Origin: a virus
Lineage: Duplodnaviria; Caudoviricetes
Direction: 5' to 3' (one strand)
Length of the DNA: 62,160 nucleotides
Virus record (IMG/VR): IMGVR_UViG_3300020129_000334
Span: 1 to 62,160 of that record
Shown here: piece after piece, positions 45,231-54,539 of the stretch
How the letters are laid out: every line of letters starts with the position of its first letter
How positions within the stretch are numbered: position 1 is the first letter of the stretch
Notes under the pieces: generated by a model
The model's database searches: none
What the model was told of the DNA's origin: nothing
What the model saw: only the letters and a program-made list of their open reading frames with translations
Program-made: the position numbers and the translations under genes

Positions 45231-45412
45231 GGCAACCCCTCCACGAATCGGTAGTAGAAGTCGCGCCCGACGTAGGCATCGCACCGGCGGCAGAGAAAGC
45301 GGCGCTTCGGTCGTTGGGCTCGGAGACGAAAGCGGGGGTCCAGCGTCACGTGGCCTTCGGGGCAGACGATGATCCAGACGCCTTCAGGTGGAGAGACCTT
45401 CTCGTCGCTCAC
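45227..45412 (-). CDS. Small Zn-ribbon protein
   Basis: CPEGH and CRRC motifs; GTGA overlaps. Confidence 0.55.
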   Translation of the reverse strand: MSDEKVSPPEGVWIIVCPEGHVTLDPRFRLRAQRPKRRFLCRRCDAYVGRDFYYRFVEGLP

Positions 45413-45564
45413 CGCAGCACCTTCGGGTCGTAGCAAGTGCCTCCCGACGGCTCGCCACCGCGATCCCGGCACTCACGCCGCTCGCAAGCGCGTTCCGTCA
45501 ACAAGCACAGGATGATGCCGGCCCACACCCCGAGATAGAGCCCGAGCTTCGTCCCGCTGCTCAC
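45409..45564 (-). CDS. Small membrane protein (51 aa)
   Basis: Fills the gap with GTGA overlaps; [16 protein letters not shown]. Confidence 0.5.
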   Translation of the reverse strand: MSSGTKLGLYLGVWAGIILCLLTERACERRECRDRGGEPSGGTCYDPKVLR

Positions 45565-46373
45565 GGCACCGGCCCCCGCAGGCGCTCCGCATGGATGCCG
45601 TACTCGACGTCGAGCGCATTGCGGAGGTTGTCGCGGAACGGCAGCGAGTGCGCGTGGGCGATGATGGCGTCGAGAGCTGCGAGCGTCGGCGCATTGGCCA
45701 TCGCTTCCGCCATCTCGCGCGCCACCTCCGACTGCTTGCGCCCCTGGGGCTTCGTCTCGGCCTGGGGAGGAGCCCCGTTGTCGTTGGCCGGCTCGCGGCG
45801 CCCGTTGTCGTTGGCCGGCGGGTCGGCCTGGGCCATCTCGTCGTCGGTGTAGAGGTTGGCCAAATCCTCCGGGAACGCGCGACGCAGGGCCAGAGCCTCA
45901 GCGCACTTCGCGATCATGACCTCGGGCATCTTCAGCCAAAGGTTGGCGCTGGAGTACGAGGTGAATCGAGCGACGCCCCACATGACTTCGCGGAAGCCCT
46001 TGCGGTAGACCCCGATCTTCGCCGCAGCAGGCGCTCCCTTGTCGAGCCAGACGTCTTTCCAGACGCCATCCGGGCCGCACCAGAAGGGACCAACCTGGCC
46101 CTCGTACTCGCGCGTGCGGGCGGCGATGACCCGAAAACCATCGATTGACGTTTGGAAGGTGACGCGGTACTCACCGCCCGCCTGCCGCTTGATGGCGTAG
46201 ATTTGCTTGCGGAAAGGGTCGAGCTTCGAACGTTTACAGACCTCAACGAACAGAGCGAATTCGGCATCCGTGAGATCGCGCGCGACCGTCCGCTTCAGCA
46301 CGTCGAGCTGATCGGTCGTGTACTGCACCAGCGCCGAATGATCAGGCGTCATGGCGGCCAAAGCCGTAGACAT
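45561..46373 (-). CDS. bet: Single-strand annealing recombinase, Bet/RecT family
   Basis: [41 protein letters not shown]. Confidence 0.92.
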   Translation of the reverse strand: MSTALAAMTPDHSALVQYTTDQLDVLKRTVARDLTDAEFALFVEVCKRSKLDPFRKQIYAIKRQAGGEYRVTFQTSIDGFRVIAARTREYEGQVGPFWCGPDGVWKDVWLDKGAPAAAKIGVYRKGFREVMWGVARFTSYSSANLWLKMPEVMIAKCAEALALRRAFPEDLANLYTDDEMAQADPPANDNGRREPANDNGAPPQAETKPQGRKQSEVAREMAEAMANAPTLAALDAIIAHAHSLPFRDNLRNALDVEYGIHAERLRGPVP

Positions 46374-46447
46374 CGGCTCCCCCTTTCACTTGGGAAATGG
46401 GCAAGGGGCGCCAAACGCTTACGCGTCCAACACCCCAAGCGAGCCGC

Positions 46448-46477
46448 AACCTACGCTTTCACTTGCAACACTTGCAA
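46448..46477 (-). promoter_or_regulatory. Promoter of the recombination/ncRNA operon
   Basis: TTGCAA-18-TAGGTT, with a second TTGCAA in the spacer. Confidence 0.5.
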
Positions 46478-46527
46478 GCGTTATTTTCTACACAGGTTTC
46501 CCACCCGTGACCCGCTTTGAAAGCGCC

Positions 46528-47220
46528 TTACTCCGGGCCTGCGTTTCGCGGCGTTTCCTCGGGAGCGTTGCGCGGGTCGGCGATCTTCAAGGCCGCTTCC
46601 AGGCGATCCAGAACTTGCTGCCAGTGGCTGGGCGTCGGCAGGTCGCGATCCCCATGCGTGCCGTAGCCGCTGCGTGCCGTTTCGACGGCCTGCTCGGGCC
46701 AATTCCGCCCATTCTCGCCATGGTAGAGCAGGCAAAGCTCCAGGTTGGGGAAGCGCGCGTCCTTCAGGTGCACGAGTCGCGTCAATGCCGCCAAACGATG
46801 GCCCTCCCCGGTCGCCCACTTGGACGAATCGCGGGAAGGTACAGGGTGCGTCCCGTTCTGGGCAACTGCTTTGGGCTTGGGCGGCGCGAGCTTGGGCGGA
46901 TTCGCCGCGAGGTGCTGACGTCGCTCTTTCCACTTCGGCAGATCGGCCTCTTTCGCGATGGCCTTTGCTGCTGCGGCCGGCGTGATCTCCAGGCTCGCGA
47001 GCTTGTCGATGATCTCGGTCGAGACCTGAAAGGCCACCGCCAGCGCTTGCCGCTTCCGGGCAGACAGGAGCGCGCTATGGCCGCTTTCAAGCTTCGAAAT
47101 GTCCGAGTACGAGAGCCCCTCGTCGTGCCCGCGGAGCACCAAGTCCTTCGGCGCGAGGCCAACTTTCTCACGAAGAGCCTTGAAAGCGGCTCCGATGTCG
47201 CGTTTATCTGCCACGATCAC
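46528..47220 (-). CDS. XRE-family repressor (CI-like)
   Basis: IGAAFKALREKVGL...SYSDISKLESGH; divergent from the Cro-like gene. Confidence 0.7.
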   Translation of the reverse strand: MIVADKRDIGAAFKALREKVGLAPKDLVLRGHDEGLSYSDISKLESGHSALLSARKRQALAVAFQVSTEIIDKLASLEITPAAAAKAIAKEADLPKWKERRQHLAANPPKLAPPKPKAVAQNGTHPVPSRDSSKWATGEGHRLAALTRLVHLKDARFPNLELCLLYHGENGRNWPEQAVETARSGYGTHGDRDLPTPSHWQQVLDRLEAALKIADPRNAPEETPRNAGPE

Positions 47221-47317
47221 AGTACCGAGCGGAACTAGTGCCCGGCCTCCCGGTTGTCTAGAGCGTCGAAAGTTTTGTCACTTCTGCAATCTTACTTTTC
47301 GACCTTGAAAGTAGCGC

Positions 47318-47346
47318 TTGCGCTGTACCAACTGGATCTGTACGGT
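47318..47346 (+). promoter_or_regulatory. Rightward early promoter
   Basis: TTGCGC-17-TACGGT, 8 nt before GTG at 47355. Confidence 0.5.
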
Positions 47347-47354
47347 CCCGGCTC

Positions 47355-47621
47355 GTGAAGAGTGAAAGGCGCGTTACGGCCGCGGGTCGAAAGCTGCGCG
47401 CGCTACTGAACCAGACGGGTGAGAGCCTCACGAGCTTCTGCCGACGTCATGCGTCGCTGCGGAAGCATCGGATTGCTGTTCTTCGGATCATCAACGGCGA
47501 CCGGTACCGGCTGATCCCGGCGGACACCGTGATTCGGCTGCGCAAGGCGATGCGAGAGGAAGGGATGGACCTGCCGGTCGAGGCGTTCGGGAGCGACACC
47601 GCTCGAAAACTCGCCGGGTGA
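47355..47621 (+). CDS. Cro-like HTH protein
   Basis: KLRALLNQTGESLTSFCRR...VLRIING; position. Confidence 0.55.
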   Translation: MKSERRVTAAGRKLRALLNQTGESLTSFCRRHASLRKHRIAVLRIINGDRYRLIPADTVIRLRKAMREEGMDLPVEAFGSDTARKLAG

Positions 47622-47679
47622 ACCATTCTTCGAATCTAAGATTGCTCGACTCAGGTTGCAAGCACGAAGAGGGGGCGTG

Positions 47680-47868
47680 ATGGACGAGGATGAGTATCGA
47701 TCGCTCCTCCGACGCGCAGCTGGGGCACTTCGGGACGTAGATCGGGCAGCGGCAGGAGCGAGAGAGTTAGCCGCAGAAATCGACGAAAAGCTGGACGATG
47801 AGGAGCGACGCCATGAGCAACGGGGCGATCGGAACAACGGGGAAGGGATACCGAATGGTAACGGGTGA
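47680..47868 (+). CDS. Small hypothetical protein
   Basis: GAGGGGG RBS. Confidence 0.5.
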   Translation: MDEDEYRSLLRRAAGALRDVDRAAAGARELAAEIDEKLDDEERRHEQRGDRNNGEGIPNGNG

Positions 47869-48808
47869 TAAGCCTCCGGTGCCTGCGACCGTGACGGAAG
47901 AGGAGATCGAGAAGGCGTATCAGGCGGCAACCTCGGGACCGGCAGCAACGCCGACGCGCAAGCGGGGAGAGCCTTGGGCCGCGCTCGAGGAAATCACGCC
48001 GGAGCGGGCGATGGAGCTGCTCGCGAAGAACGGGGCCAACCGCCGCATCAGCGAGCCCTGGGTCAAGAGCCTCGCGCGGGATATCGTTCAACGGCGCTGG
48101 CAGATCGATGGCAATGCGATCCGGATCGCCGACTCTGGCCGCTTGCTCGATGGGCAGCACCGCCTCAGCGCCATCATCCAGGCCAAGAAGCCGGTCCGGA
48201 CCTTCGTGATCTACGGGCTGAAAGAGGAGGTGATGCACAACATCGACCGCGGCCGCCCCCGCACGCTCGGTGACCTCCTCAAGATCAATCGCGGCATCAA
48301 GGCCTCGGGGCTCGTCTCCGGCATCATTGGCCAGCTCGCCGTCTTCGACTTCGGGGTCGAGGCCATTCACGGCAAGCTCAAGATCACCTACTCCGACGCC
48401 GAAGCGATCTTGAATGAGTACCAGGAGCACATCGACTGGGCGGTGAAGGCGATCGGGATGAAGATCGAGCCTGGGATTCCGAGCGGTGGCGGGGCCATGC
48501 TGGCGGCCTTCATCTTCGTGCGCTCGATCCCTCGTTGCAAAGAGCGAGTGACGGACTTCGCGGATCGCTTCAAGACGGGCCGGCGCCTTCGGTCCAGCGG
48601 TGACCCCGCCGAAGCTTTGCGGACCATGTGCGCTCGCATGATGAACGATGGCGGCACCGACCGACGCAACAACGCCGTCAAGACTCTTCGGGCACTCGAG
48701 GCGGAGCTGAATAAGGAGCCCCTCTCTCTACTGAAGGTCGATTCCAACGTCGTCGCGCGAATGGTGAAGGTGAAAGAGGAGGCGATCGCCCGCCATGGCC
48801 GCTCTTGA
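47813..48808 (+). CDS. ParB-N-like (DGQHR) protein
   Basis: ITPERAMELL..N..NRRIS...GRLLDGQHRLSAI; start may be 47855. Confidence 0.8.
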   Translation: MSNGAIGTTGKGYRMVTGDKPPVPATVTEEEIEKAYQAATSGPAATPTRKRGEPWAALEEITPERAMELLAKNGANRRISEPWVKSLARDIVQRRWQIDGNAIRIADSGRLLDGQHRLSAIIQAKKPVRTFVIYGLKEEVMHNIDRGRPRTLGDLLKINRGIKASGLVSGIIGQLAVFDFGVEAIHGKLKITYSDAEAILNEYQEHIDWAVKAIGMKIEPGIPSGGGAMLAAFIFVRSIPRCKERVTDFADRFKTGRRLRSSGDPAEALRTMCARMMNDGGTDRRNNAVKTLRALEAELNKEPLSLLKVDSNVVARMVKVKEEAIARHGRS

Positions 48809-49328
48809 AAAGCTGCTCAAGCCGGAGGAAGTGGCCGAGATCCTAGGGGTCCCCCTTTCATCGGCCTACAAGTACATGCGGCGGATGAAGCACTTTCTGG
48901 TTGGAAAGCACATCCGGGTCACTCGACAAGCGGTAGAGCGCTGGCTACGTGAGGGGAAGGAGAGGAGTGCTCAGGCGCCATGGACGACAACCGAAACGAG
49001 TCAATCCCCGCTCACGGCAACGAAATCGCTAACTTCCAGCCCGCTGGTGGAAAGCACAACGCCCGCAAACGAAACAACCGCCGCTCCGGCACGGGACGAC
49101 GGCCTGTCTACGTCAACGGACGAATCGACACCCGACTGTACTGGCGCGACGGATCCACGAAAATCCAGTACCAGGGTCCGGACCCCGAAGGCACTGGCGA
49201 GTACGTCCGTCGCACGACCGATTGCCAAGATCCGGTTGCAGCCAAGGCCGTTGCAGACGACTGGGAACGCCGCGCTGCTAACCCACATCTGCGAACCGCG
49301 AGCCTGGCGACCTTCCAAGAAGGCGTGA
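48795..49328 (+). CDS. xis: Excisionase-like HTH with a long tail overlapping int
   Basis: LLKPEEVAEILGVPLSSAY...VGKHIRVTRQAVERWL. Confidence 0.75.
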   Translation: MAALEKLLKPEEVAEILGVPLSSAYKYMRRMKHFLVGKHIRVTRQAVERWLREGKERSAQAPWTTTETSQSPLTATKSLTSSPLVESTTPANETTAAPARDDGLSTSTDESTPDCTGATDPRKSSTRVRTPKALASTSVARPIAKIRLQPRPLQTTGNAALLTHICEPRAWRPSKKA

Positions 49329-50689
49329 GCGATTACGTCGACAACCAGCGCCTCAAGGGGGTCAAAGAGTCCACCATCAAGCGCGTGGTGCGGGACACCT
49401 TCGGCTGGTTCGCTCGGCAGTGGGGATGGGATTTCCCGCTCAATAACCTGACCGCGGGCCACGTTCAGCAATTCCGGAAAGACCGGGCCAAGATGTGGGC
49501 TCGTCGGAGTGACGGCGCGACGGTCGGCGAATACACGATCAAGCGCAACGTCCAGTATCTCTATTACATGCTGGAGCACGCGGCCTATACCGGGAAGCTC
49601 ACGACGCCCGTGCACCAGATCATTCACCTGCAGAACGGGTGCGTCGATCTTCCGGGTGCAGCGAAGAAGCGGAAGCGTCATCCGTCGCTCGAGGCGGCTT
49701 GGCAGATCGTGATGGCGCTCCCCAAGCACCGCCAAGCTCATATCGCTGCGCTCGCGGCCGGCCTGATGCGTCTGGGTGAGAGCCCGCACATGCGCCGTGA
49801 GGACGTCAACATGACCGACCAGCCGCGCGTGCTGAAGACGGCCGGCCTCGATGAGGAGACGGGCAAGCCGATCGTTCTCAGCGCCAACGCGGTCCTGATC
49901 CGGGGCACGAAGACGGACGGGAGCTGGGGCCAGATCTCCATCACGCCCATCACGCGCCCGATCTGGACCTTCGTGCTCGCGAACGCGCCGGGGAAGTCCG
50001 AGACTAAGCCGCTCTTCCTCCCGTGGACGAATCCGTCGAAGCAGATCGCGCGCGTCTGCAAGCGCCTCGGGCTGCCGCACGTGAGCTGCCACGACTTCCG
50101 CCGCGCCTGCGCCAAGTGGCACCGCAAGCAGGGCATGACCCCCACCGGCGTCTCGCTCCTCCTCCGCCACACCAACGACAAGCTCGCCCAGGAAGTCTAC
50201 GCGGACATCGACACCGCGGACGAGATCCAGGCGGTCTACGTGAAGGAGCTGCGCGCCGATCTCGCGGTCCCGAACCCCTTTGCGGCACACAACGAAGCGG
50301 CCGTCAATCCCCAATCGGCAACCGGGGAGGATTCGGAGGCTGTGCGTTCTGCGTGCGCAGCGAGCGATAACAACGGCAGCAACGAAGCCCAGGGAGACGA
50401 GGATTCCCCGGGAAAAGCAGGGGATCGCGGTAACGGCGCCGCCGTGATCACCCCCGTACATGGCGAGAGGACAGGTTCTTACGGCGCACCGGTAATTCAG
50501 CCGGATTTCGCGTCGAACGGCGAGAGCGGTGTGCGTCCTATGTGCGCGCCGTGCGAGCCTGTTTCCCCGGCCGTTTCGCTGGCCGATGCGCTGGGGGTTC
50601 TCCTCCGCCACGTCGGCAACAACGTCGAAGCCCAGCAGGCCCTGACCCAAGCCCTGGCCCTCATGGCCGCCCCGAAGGTGACTCCGTAG
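48980..50689 (+). CDS. int: Tyrosine integrase with long C-terminal extension
   Basis: LMRLGE (R), GTKT (K), HDFRR, LRHT, EVYA (Y). Confidence 0.92.
   Translation: MDDNRNESIPAHGNEIANFQPAGGKHNARKRNNRRSGTGRRPVYVNGRIDTRLYWRDGSTKIQYQGPDPEGTGEYVRRTTDCQDPVAAKAVADDWERRAANPHLRTASLATFQEGVSDYVDNQRLKGVKESTIKRVVRDTFGWFARQWGWDFPLNNLTAGHVQQFRKDRAKMWARRSDGATVGEYTIKRNVQYLYYMLEHAAYTGKLTTPVHQIIHLQNGCVDLPGAAKKRKRHPSLEAAWQIVMALPKHRQAHIAALAAGLMRLGESPHMRREDVNMTDQPRVLKTAGLDEETGKPIVLSANAVLIRGTKTDGSWGQISITPITRPIWTFVLANAPGKSETKPLFLPWTNPSKQIARVCKRLGLPHVSCHDFRRACAKWHRKQGMTPTGVSLLLRHTNDKLAQEVYADIDTADEIQAVYVKELRADLAVPNPFAAHNEAAVNPQSATGEDSEAVRSACAASDNNGSNEAQGDEDSPGKAGDRGNGAAVITPVHGERTGSYGAPVIQPDFASNGESGVRPMCAPCEPVSPAVSLADALGVLLRHVGNNVEAQQALTQALALMAAPKVTP
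50341..50547. other. Candidate attP inside int (arm-type direct repeats)
   Basis: TGTGCGTTCTGCGTGCGC (50341-50358) and TGTGCGTCCTATGTGCGC (50530-50547), 15/18 identical. Confidence 0.45.
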
Positions 50690-50763
50690 CCATCGCCCGC
50701 GCTGGGGGGTCGGCTGCGGTCCGGCTGGCCCCCTTGTGCGGCAACCCCCGAAAGGACCCGCAC

Positions 50764-51147
50764 GTGAACCACGACAAGCCCCGTACCGATGCGTCCCTCC
50801 TCAACGCCGCCATCCTGAACGAGGACCCGAAGACGAAGGGCCTCCGCGAGCACATGCTGCGGGCGCTCTACTCCGCCACGAAGCGCAACGAGATGATCGC
50901 CTGGCTCGCCGAGGACGGTCAGCGGTGGGCGCAGCGGTTCAAGAACGCCATGTCTCGCCTAAAGCAAGAGCGCGCGCTTCGTCTGCAGCTCAAGGCCGAT
51001 CTCGAGATCGCCGATCGCCGCATCGACCGCCTTCGTCAGCAGGTCGTGGACCTCGAGCGGGTGGCCAAGATGCGGGAGACCCGCGAGGCCCTGAACCGCG
51101 AGGCCCTTCTGCAGCAGCAGGCCCTGCAGCACAACAAGGTCGGCTGA
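50764..51147 (+). CDS. Coiled-coil hypothetical protein
   Basis: AAAGGA RBS before GTG. Confidence 0.65.
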   Translation: MNHDKPRTDASLLNAAILNEDPKTKGLREHMLRALYSATKRNEMIAWLAEDGQRWAQRFKNAMSRLKQERALRLQLKADLEIADRRIDRLRQQVVDLERVAKMRETREALNREALLQQQALQHNKVG

Positions 51148-51407
51148 TGGACGCTCTCTACGCGCTCGCGGCAGCCTCCGTCATCTTCGCCGCTCTGCTC
51201 TATGCGGTGGGGCTCGCGGTGGGGCCGTGATCGACTTCGTCCTGGGCGCCGTGTTCGCCTACGCCTCGGTGTTCGTCACGCTCTACGTCCGCGTGCAGCT
51301 CGCCCTCCGCAGCGCGAAGCCGATCGTGGACCTGGACGACGCGCGCGCCGCTGTTCCTTCGTTTCGAGTCGTGCATCTATTCCGCAAAGAGCAATAGGAG
51401 ACCGTCA

Positions 51408-51854
51408 ATGACCTGGCAGAACAACATTGGAGTCATGGGTGGCGTCAGCGTTGGCAATGGCATCTACGCCTACAACGTGATCGACACCGGCCCAGCCAAC
51501 AAGCCGCCGCAGACGTCGGTGCAAATGATCAAGCTGCCGCTGGCGGCCTCGCGCACGATCGTCGAGATGGGGGAAGCGGCGAGCGTCTATCACGAGCTGA
51601 AGGCGAAGCGTGCGCGGCTGAATGAGCAGATCGATGCGCTTTGCGCCGCCCGTCAGGAGGAGCTGGAGAAGCTGCGCGCCGAGGCTGATATCGGGAAGAT
51701 CGGCGAGTGGAGCTACGAGATCGAGCGCCTCATGAACGACGCGAACGAGACGTACGACAAGATCGGTGCGTCCCATCGTCGCTATTGGGCGGCGCGTCGC
51801 CATTTCGCCGATCTGCTGGTCGAGGCCGGCACCCTTCCGAAGATCGACGAGTAG
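51408..51854 (+). CDS. Hypothetical protein
   Basis: AGGAG RBS; coiled coil. Confidence 0.75.
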   Translation: MTWQNNIGVMGGVSVGNGIYAYNVIDTGPANKPPQTSVQMIKLPLAASRTIVEMGEAASVYHELKAKRARLNEQIDALCAARQEELEKLRAEADIGKIGEWSYEIERLMNDANETYDKIGASHRRYWAARRHFADLLVEAGTLPKIDE

Positions 51855-51856
51855 CG

Positions 51857-52663
51857 ATGGACCCGTTCCTTCTGCACCATGGGGATTGCCTCGCCTGGCT
51901 CCGCACGCTGCCGGACAACGACGTCGACCATGTAATCGTCGATCCGCCGTATTCGCCGACGGTGCACGGCAAGAGCCGGAGCGGGCGCAATCTCCCCGAT
52001 GCCGAAGGGGGGGAAGATTTCAACTGCAAGGCGCGGCGGGCGATCGACTTCGGCTTTGAGGCCATCACTCCGGACCAGATCCAGGAGCTTTCGAAGGAAT
52101 ACGCCCGTCTCGCCAAGCGGTGGATTCTGATCTTTAGCGACGTCGAGTCCAGTCATCTTTGGCGCGCGGCGCTAGCGGAAAATGGCTCGGAATACGTTCG
52201 CACCGGCGCCTGGGTCAAGCTCCGAGGAACGCCGCAATTCACGGGAGACCGCCCCGGTACCGGCTTCGAAGCCATCACGATCGCGCACCGCAAGGGTCGC
52301 AAGCGCTGGAACGGCGGCGGCAAGGTGGGCGTGTGGACGCACGCGGTGGTCGCCAATTGCAACGGCCATCGTCAGGATCGCGTGCACACGACGCAGAAGC
52401 CGATCAGCCTGATGGTGGAGTTGGTGACTGACTTCACTGACCCGGGAGATCGCATCTTGGACTCGCACATGGGATCGGGAACCACGGGAGTTGCGGCCGT
52501 TCGCCTGGGCCGTCGCTTCGTCGGGTGCGAGATTCAGCCGCGGAACGACACGGAGCCGGATTACTTCGGCATCGCGCGCGACCGCCTTCAGGCCGAGCTG
52601 ACCGATTCGGATCTGACCGCGATGCGCAACGGCCAGGTTCCCTTGTTTACGAAGGCAGGTTGA
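51857..52663 (+). CDS. Orphan N6-adenine/N4-cytosine DNA methyltransferase (beta class)
   Basis: GDCL, DPPY, HTTQKP, LDSHMGSGTTG. Confidence 0.92.
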   Translation: MDPFLLHHGDCLAWLRTLPDNDVDHVIVDPPYSPTVHGKSRSGRNLPDAEGGEDFNCKARRAIDFGFEAITPDQIQELSKEYARLAKRWILIFSDVESSHLWRAALAENGSEYVRTGAWVKLRGTPQFTGDRPGTGFEAITIAHRKGRKRWNGGGKVGVWTHAVVANCNGHRQDRVHTTQKPISLMVELVTDFTDPGDRILDSHMGSGTTGVAAVRLGRRFVGCEIQPRNDTEPDYFGIARDRLQAELTDSDLTAMRNGQVPLFTKAG

Positions 52664-52665
52664 TC

Positions 52666-52938
52666 GTGGCTAAGCGGAAGATCTCCATGGTCGAGCGGCT
52701 GACGCTCATGGGCGTGCAGGACGAAGTGAACGCGATTTGCGCCCGCTACGGCGTGACGTTCGAGGAGGCCCGATCGCGCACGCGCACGCCCCACGTCGCC
52801 GCCGCTCGGCATCACGTCTGGCTGTTTCTGTCCGGCAAGGGCTTCAGCAACTCGAGCATCGCGGCGGAATGGGGCGTCCATCACACGACCGTGGGCGAAG
52901 CCGTTCGCAAGCTGCAGGGGGCGGACGCAGCGCAATAA
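52666..52938 (+). CDS. DnaA C-terminal-like HTH protein
   Basis: SRTRTPHVAAARH...SNSSIAAEWGVHHTTVGEAVRK. Confidence 0.75.
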   Translation: MAKRKISMVERLTLMGVQDEVNAICARYGVTFEEARSRTRTPHVAAARHHVWLFLSGKGFSNSSIAAEWGVHHTTVGEAVRKLQGADAAQ

Positions 52939-53038
52939 AAAGCCCGAGAAACGTTCGGCCGGGGGGGGGAGGGAGCCGCAACGCTGACCGGGCGAGGAGC
53001 TTGTAACCGTGGCCACTGAGAGCGTCAACGAGGAAGTG

Positions 53039-53923
53039 ATGATCTGGGTCAAAGTGGACGTGGACTTTCCCGACCACCCGCGCCTGCTTGAGTTTGCGGA
53101 CCCCGACGCGATGATCGGCTTTTGGCTTCGCGGCCTGGCCTATTCGCGGCGTCATGAGCTGGACGGGCTTGTGCCGAAGGCAGCGCTCAAACTCTGGCCG
53201 GGGGAGCACAACGAAGCCTGCGCCGAGATGTTGGTGCGGGCCGGGCTCTGGTCGGATGAAGGCAAGCACTACCGCATCGAGCGCTACGAAGAGAAAGGGA
53301 ACCAAACGAAGGCGCAGATTGCCTCAGTGCGCGCGAAGGACCGGGAGCGAAAGGCAGTCGACCGATCGTCTGTCCAGACGGAATCCAAACGGAGTCCCGA
53401 CGGAATCCCTGTTCTGTTCTCTGATCGTCAGGATAGTCAGGCTAGCGGGGGAGAGTGTGAGAGGGGGGAGGCTTCGCCGCGGGAGCAGGACTATCAGCGG
53501 GCCTACGAAGCGGGGATCGCCGCCGGCAAGGGCTCGCCGTACGCCATGCCGGAGAACCAGCGGGGGGCGCTGCACCAGGGCATGCTCGCGCACGGCTACG
53601 TCGGCGGAAAGCGCGTCCGCGGCCCGGAGCTGCTCGCCTGGATTGAACGGCAGGCCCGCCAATTCGCCGCATGGTTGGTCAAGCAGGACGCGAAGACGGT
53701 GGCGTTTCACTCGAGCTACGGCCCCCGCGGCTGGCTCCAGTGGATGAATGTCACGCCGGCAAAACCGATCGTAGAAACGAAGATTGCCCGTGCGCCGCTC
53801 AGGACGGACCTAGACCGCGCGATGCACGTCTTGGCCTCCGAGGGTGCGCCGGCCAATGAAAACGCTTCTCCGCGCAACGTCGCTCAACTGGTGGACGGTT
53901 TGGCCAAGGGGTGGAAGCCGTGA
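53039..53923 (+). CDS. Putative replication initiator
   Basis: WVKVDVDFPDHPR...WLRGLAYSRRHELDGLVP N-terminal domain typical of phage replication organisers. Confidence 0.65.
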   Translation: MIWVKVDVDFPDHPRLLEFADPDAMIGFWLRGLAYSRRHELDGLVPKAALKLWPGEHNEACAEMLVRAGLWSDEGKHYRIERYEEKGNQTKAQIASVRAKDRERKAVDRSSVQTESKRSPDGIPVLFSDRQDSQASGGECERGEASPREQDYQRAYEAGIAAGKGSPYAMPENQRGALHQGMLAHGYVGGKRVRGPELLAWIERQARQFAAWLVKQDAKTVAFHSSYGPRGWLQWMNVTPAKPIVETKIARAPLRTDLDRAMHVLASEGAPANENASPRNVAQLVDGLAKGWKP

Positions 53924-54135
53924 TCGCAAACTGCCGATGTGGGGCTCGCCCGATGACGGCGCGTCTCCCGGATGGGACTGTCATTTCCTCGGGGCGTTGT
54001 GCCCAATGCATGGAAGCCGTGGGGAAGACGTGGGCAACCGAGATGGAGAACATTCAGCGCGAGGCCGAGCAATTCCGCCGGCAGCTCGAGACCGTAACCG
54101 GCCAGGGGGCAATTGATGGCAGCCGTGGCGAGTGA
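53920..54135 (+). CDS. Small Cys protein
   Basis: CRC and CAQC motifs; coupled. Confidence 0.55.
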   Translation: MIANCRCGARPMTARLPDGTVISSGRCAQCMEAVGKTWATEMENIQREAEQFRRQLETVTGQGAIDGSRGE

Positions 54136-54539
54136 AGCTTTTTGAAACGACGCTCCCCGTTGAAACGCGGAATTGGAGCAATCAGAGCCAGGGATTCAGC
54201 CGAGCGGCGACGTTTGCCAAGGCGAGAGCGAAGGCCCAACAGCGGGACCTGACGCAGCTCGTTTTGATGCCGAAGCATCGCCAGCTCCAGCTCGCTCTTG
54301 CGAAGTACGGGGGGCTCGTGATCCTGTTGCGGCGGCTCGCTCCGTCCAATGGCCTCGACCCCGACGACAACCTGAGACTGGCGCTCAAGTGGGTCAAAGA
54401 TGGTGTGGCAAAGGTACTTCAAGTGGACGATCGGGACTCTCGCATCCAGTGGCTGTACGACCAACGAAGGGAAAAGGACTATGGCGTCGAAATCGAAATC
54501 GCAGCTCCACCAGCGGACAGCCCACTGGCTCGGCGATGA
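54132..54539 (+). CDS. RusA-like Holliday junction resolvase
   Basis: LDPDDNL...KWVKDGVA..LQVDDRD. Confidence 0.75.
   Translation: MKLFETTLPVETRNWSNQSQGFSRAATFAKARAKAQQRDLTQLVLMPKHRQLQLALAKYGGLVILLRRLAPSNGLDPDDNLRLALKWVKDGVAKVLQVDDRDSRIQWLYDQRREKDYGVEIEIAAPPADSPLARR

Noticed and set aside
47813-48808. Plasmid-prophage partition system or Dnd phosphorothioation gene (DGQHR)
   Set aside because: No ParA or dnd genes; stand-alone ParB-N-like proteins are common in temperate phages, and an integrase is present.
51857-52663. Restriction-modification system, or MTase target inferred from frequent CTCGAG/GATC sites
   Set aside because: No adjacent endonuclease; those words are expected from codon usage and cannot be assessed without counts.
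52961-52969. G9 homopolymer as a phase-variation or frameshift site
   Set aside because: It is intergenic and disrupts no reading frame.
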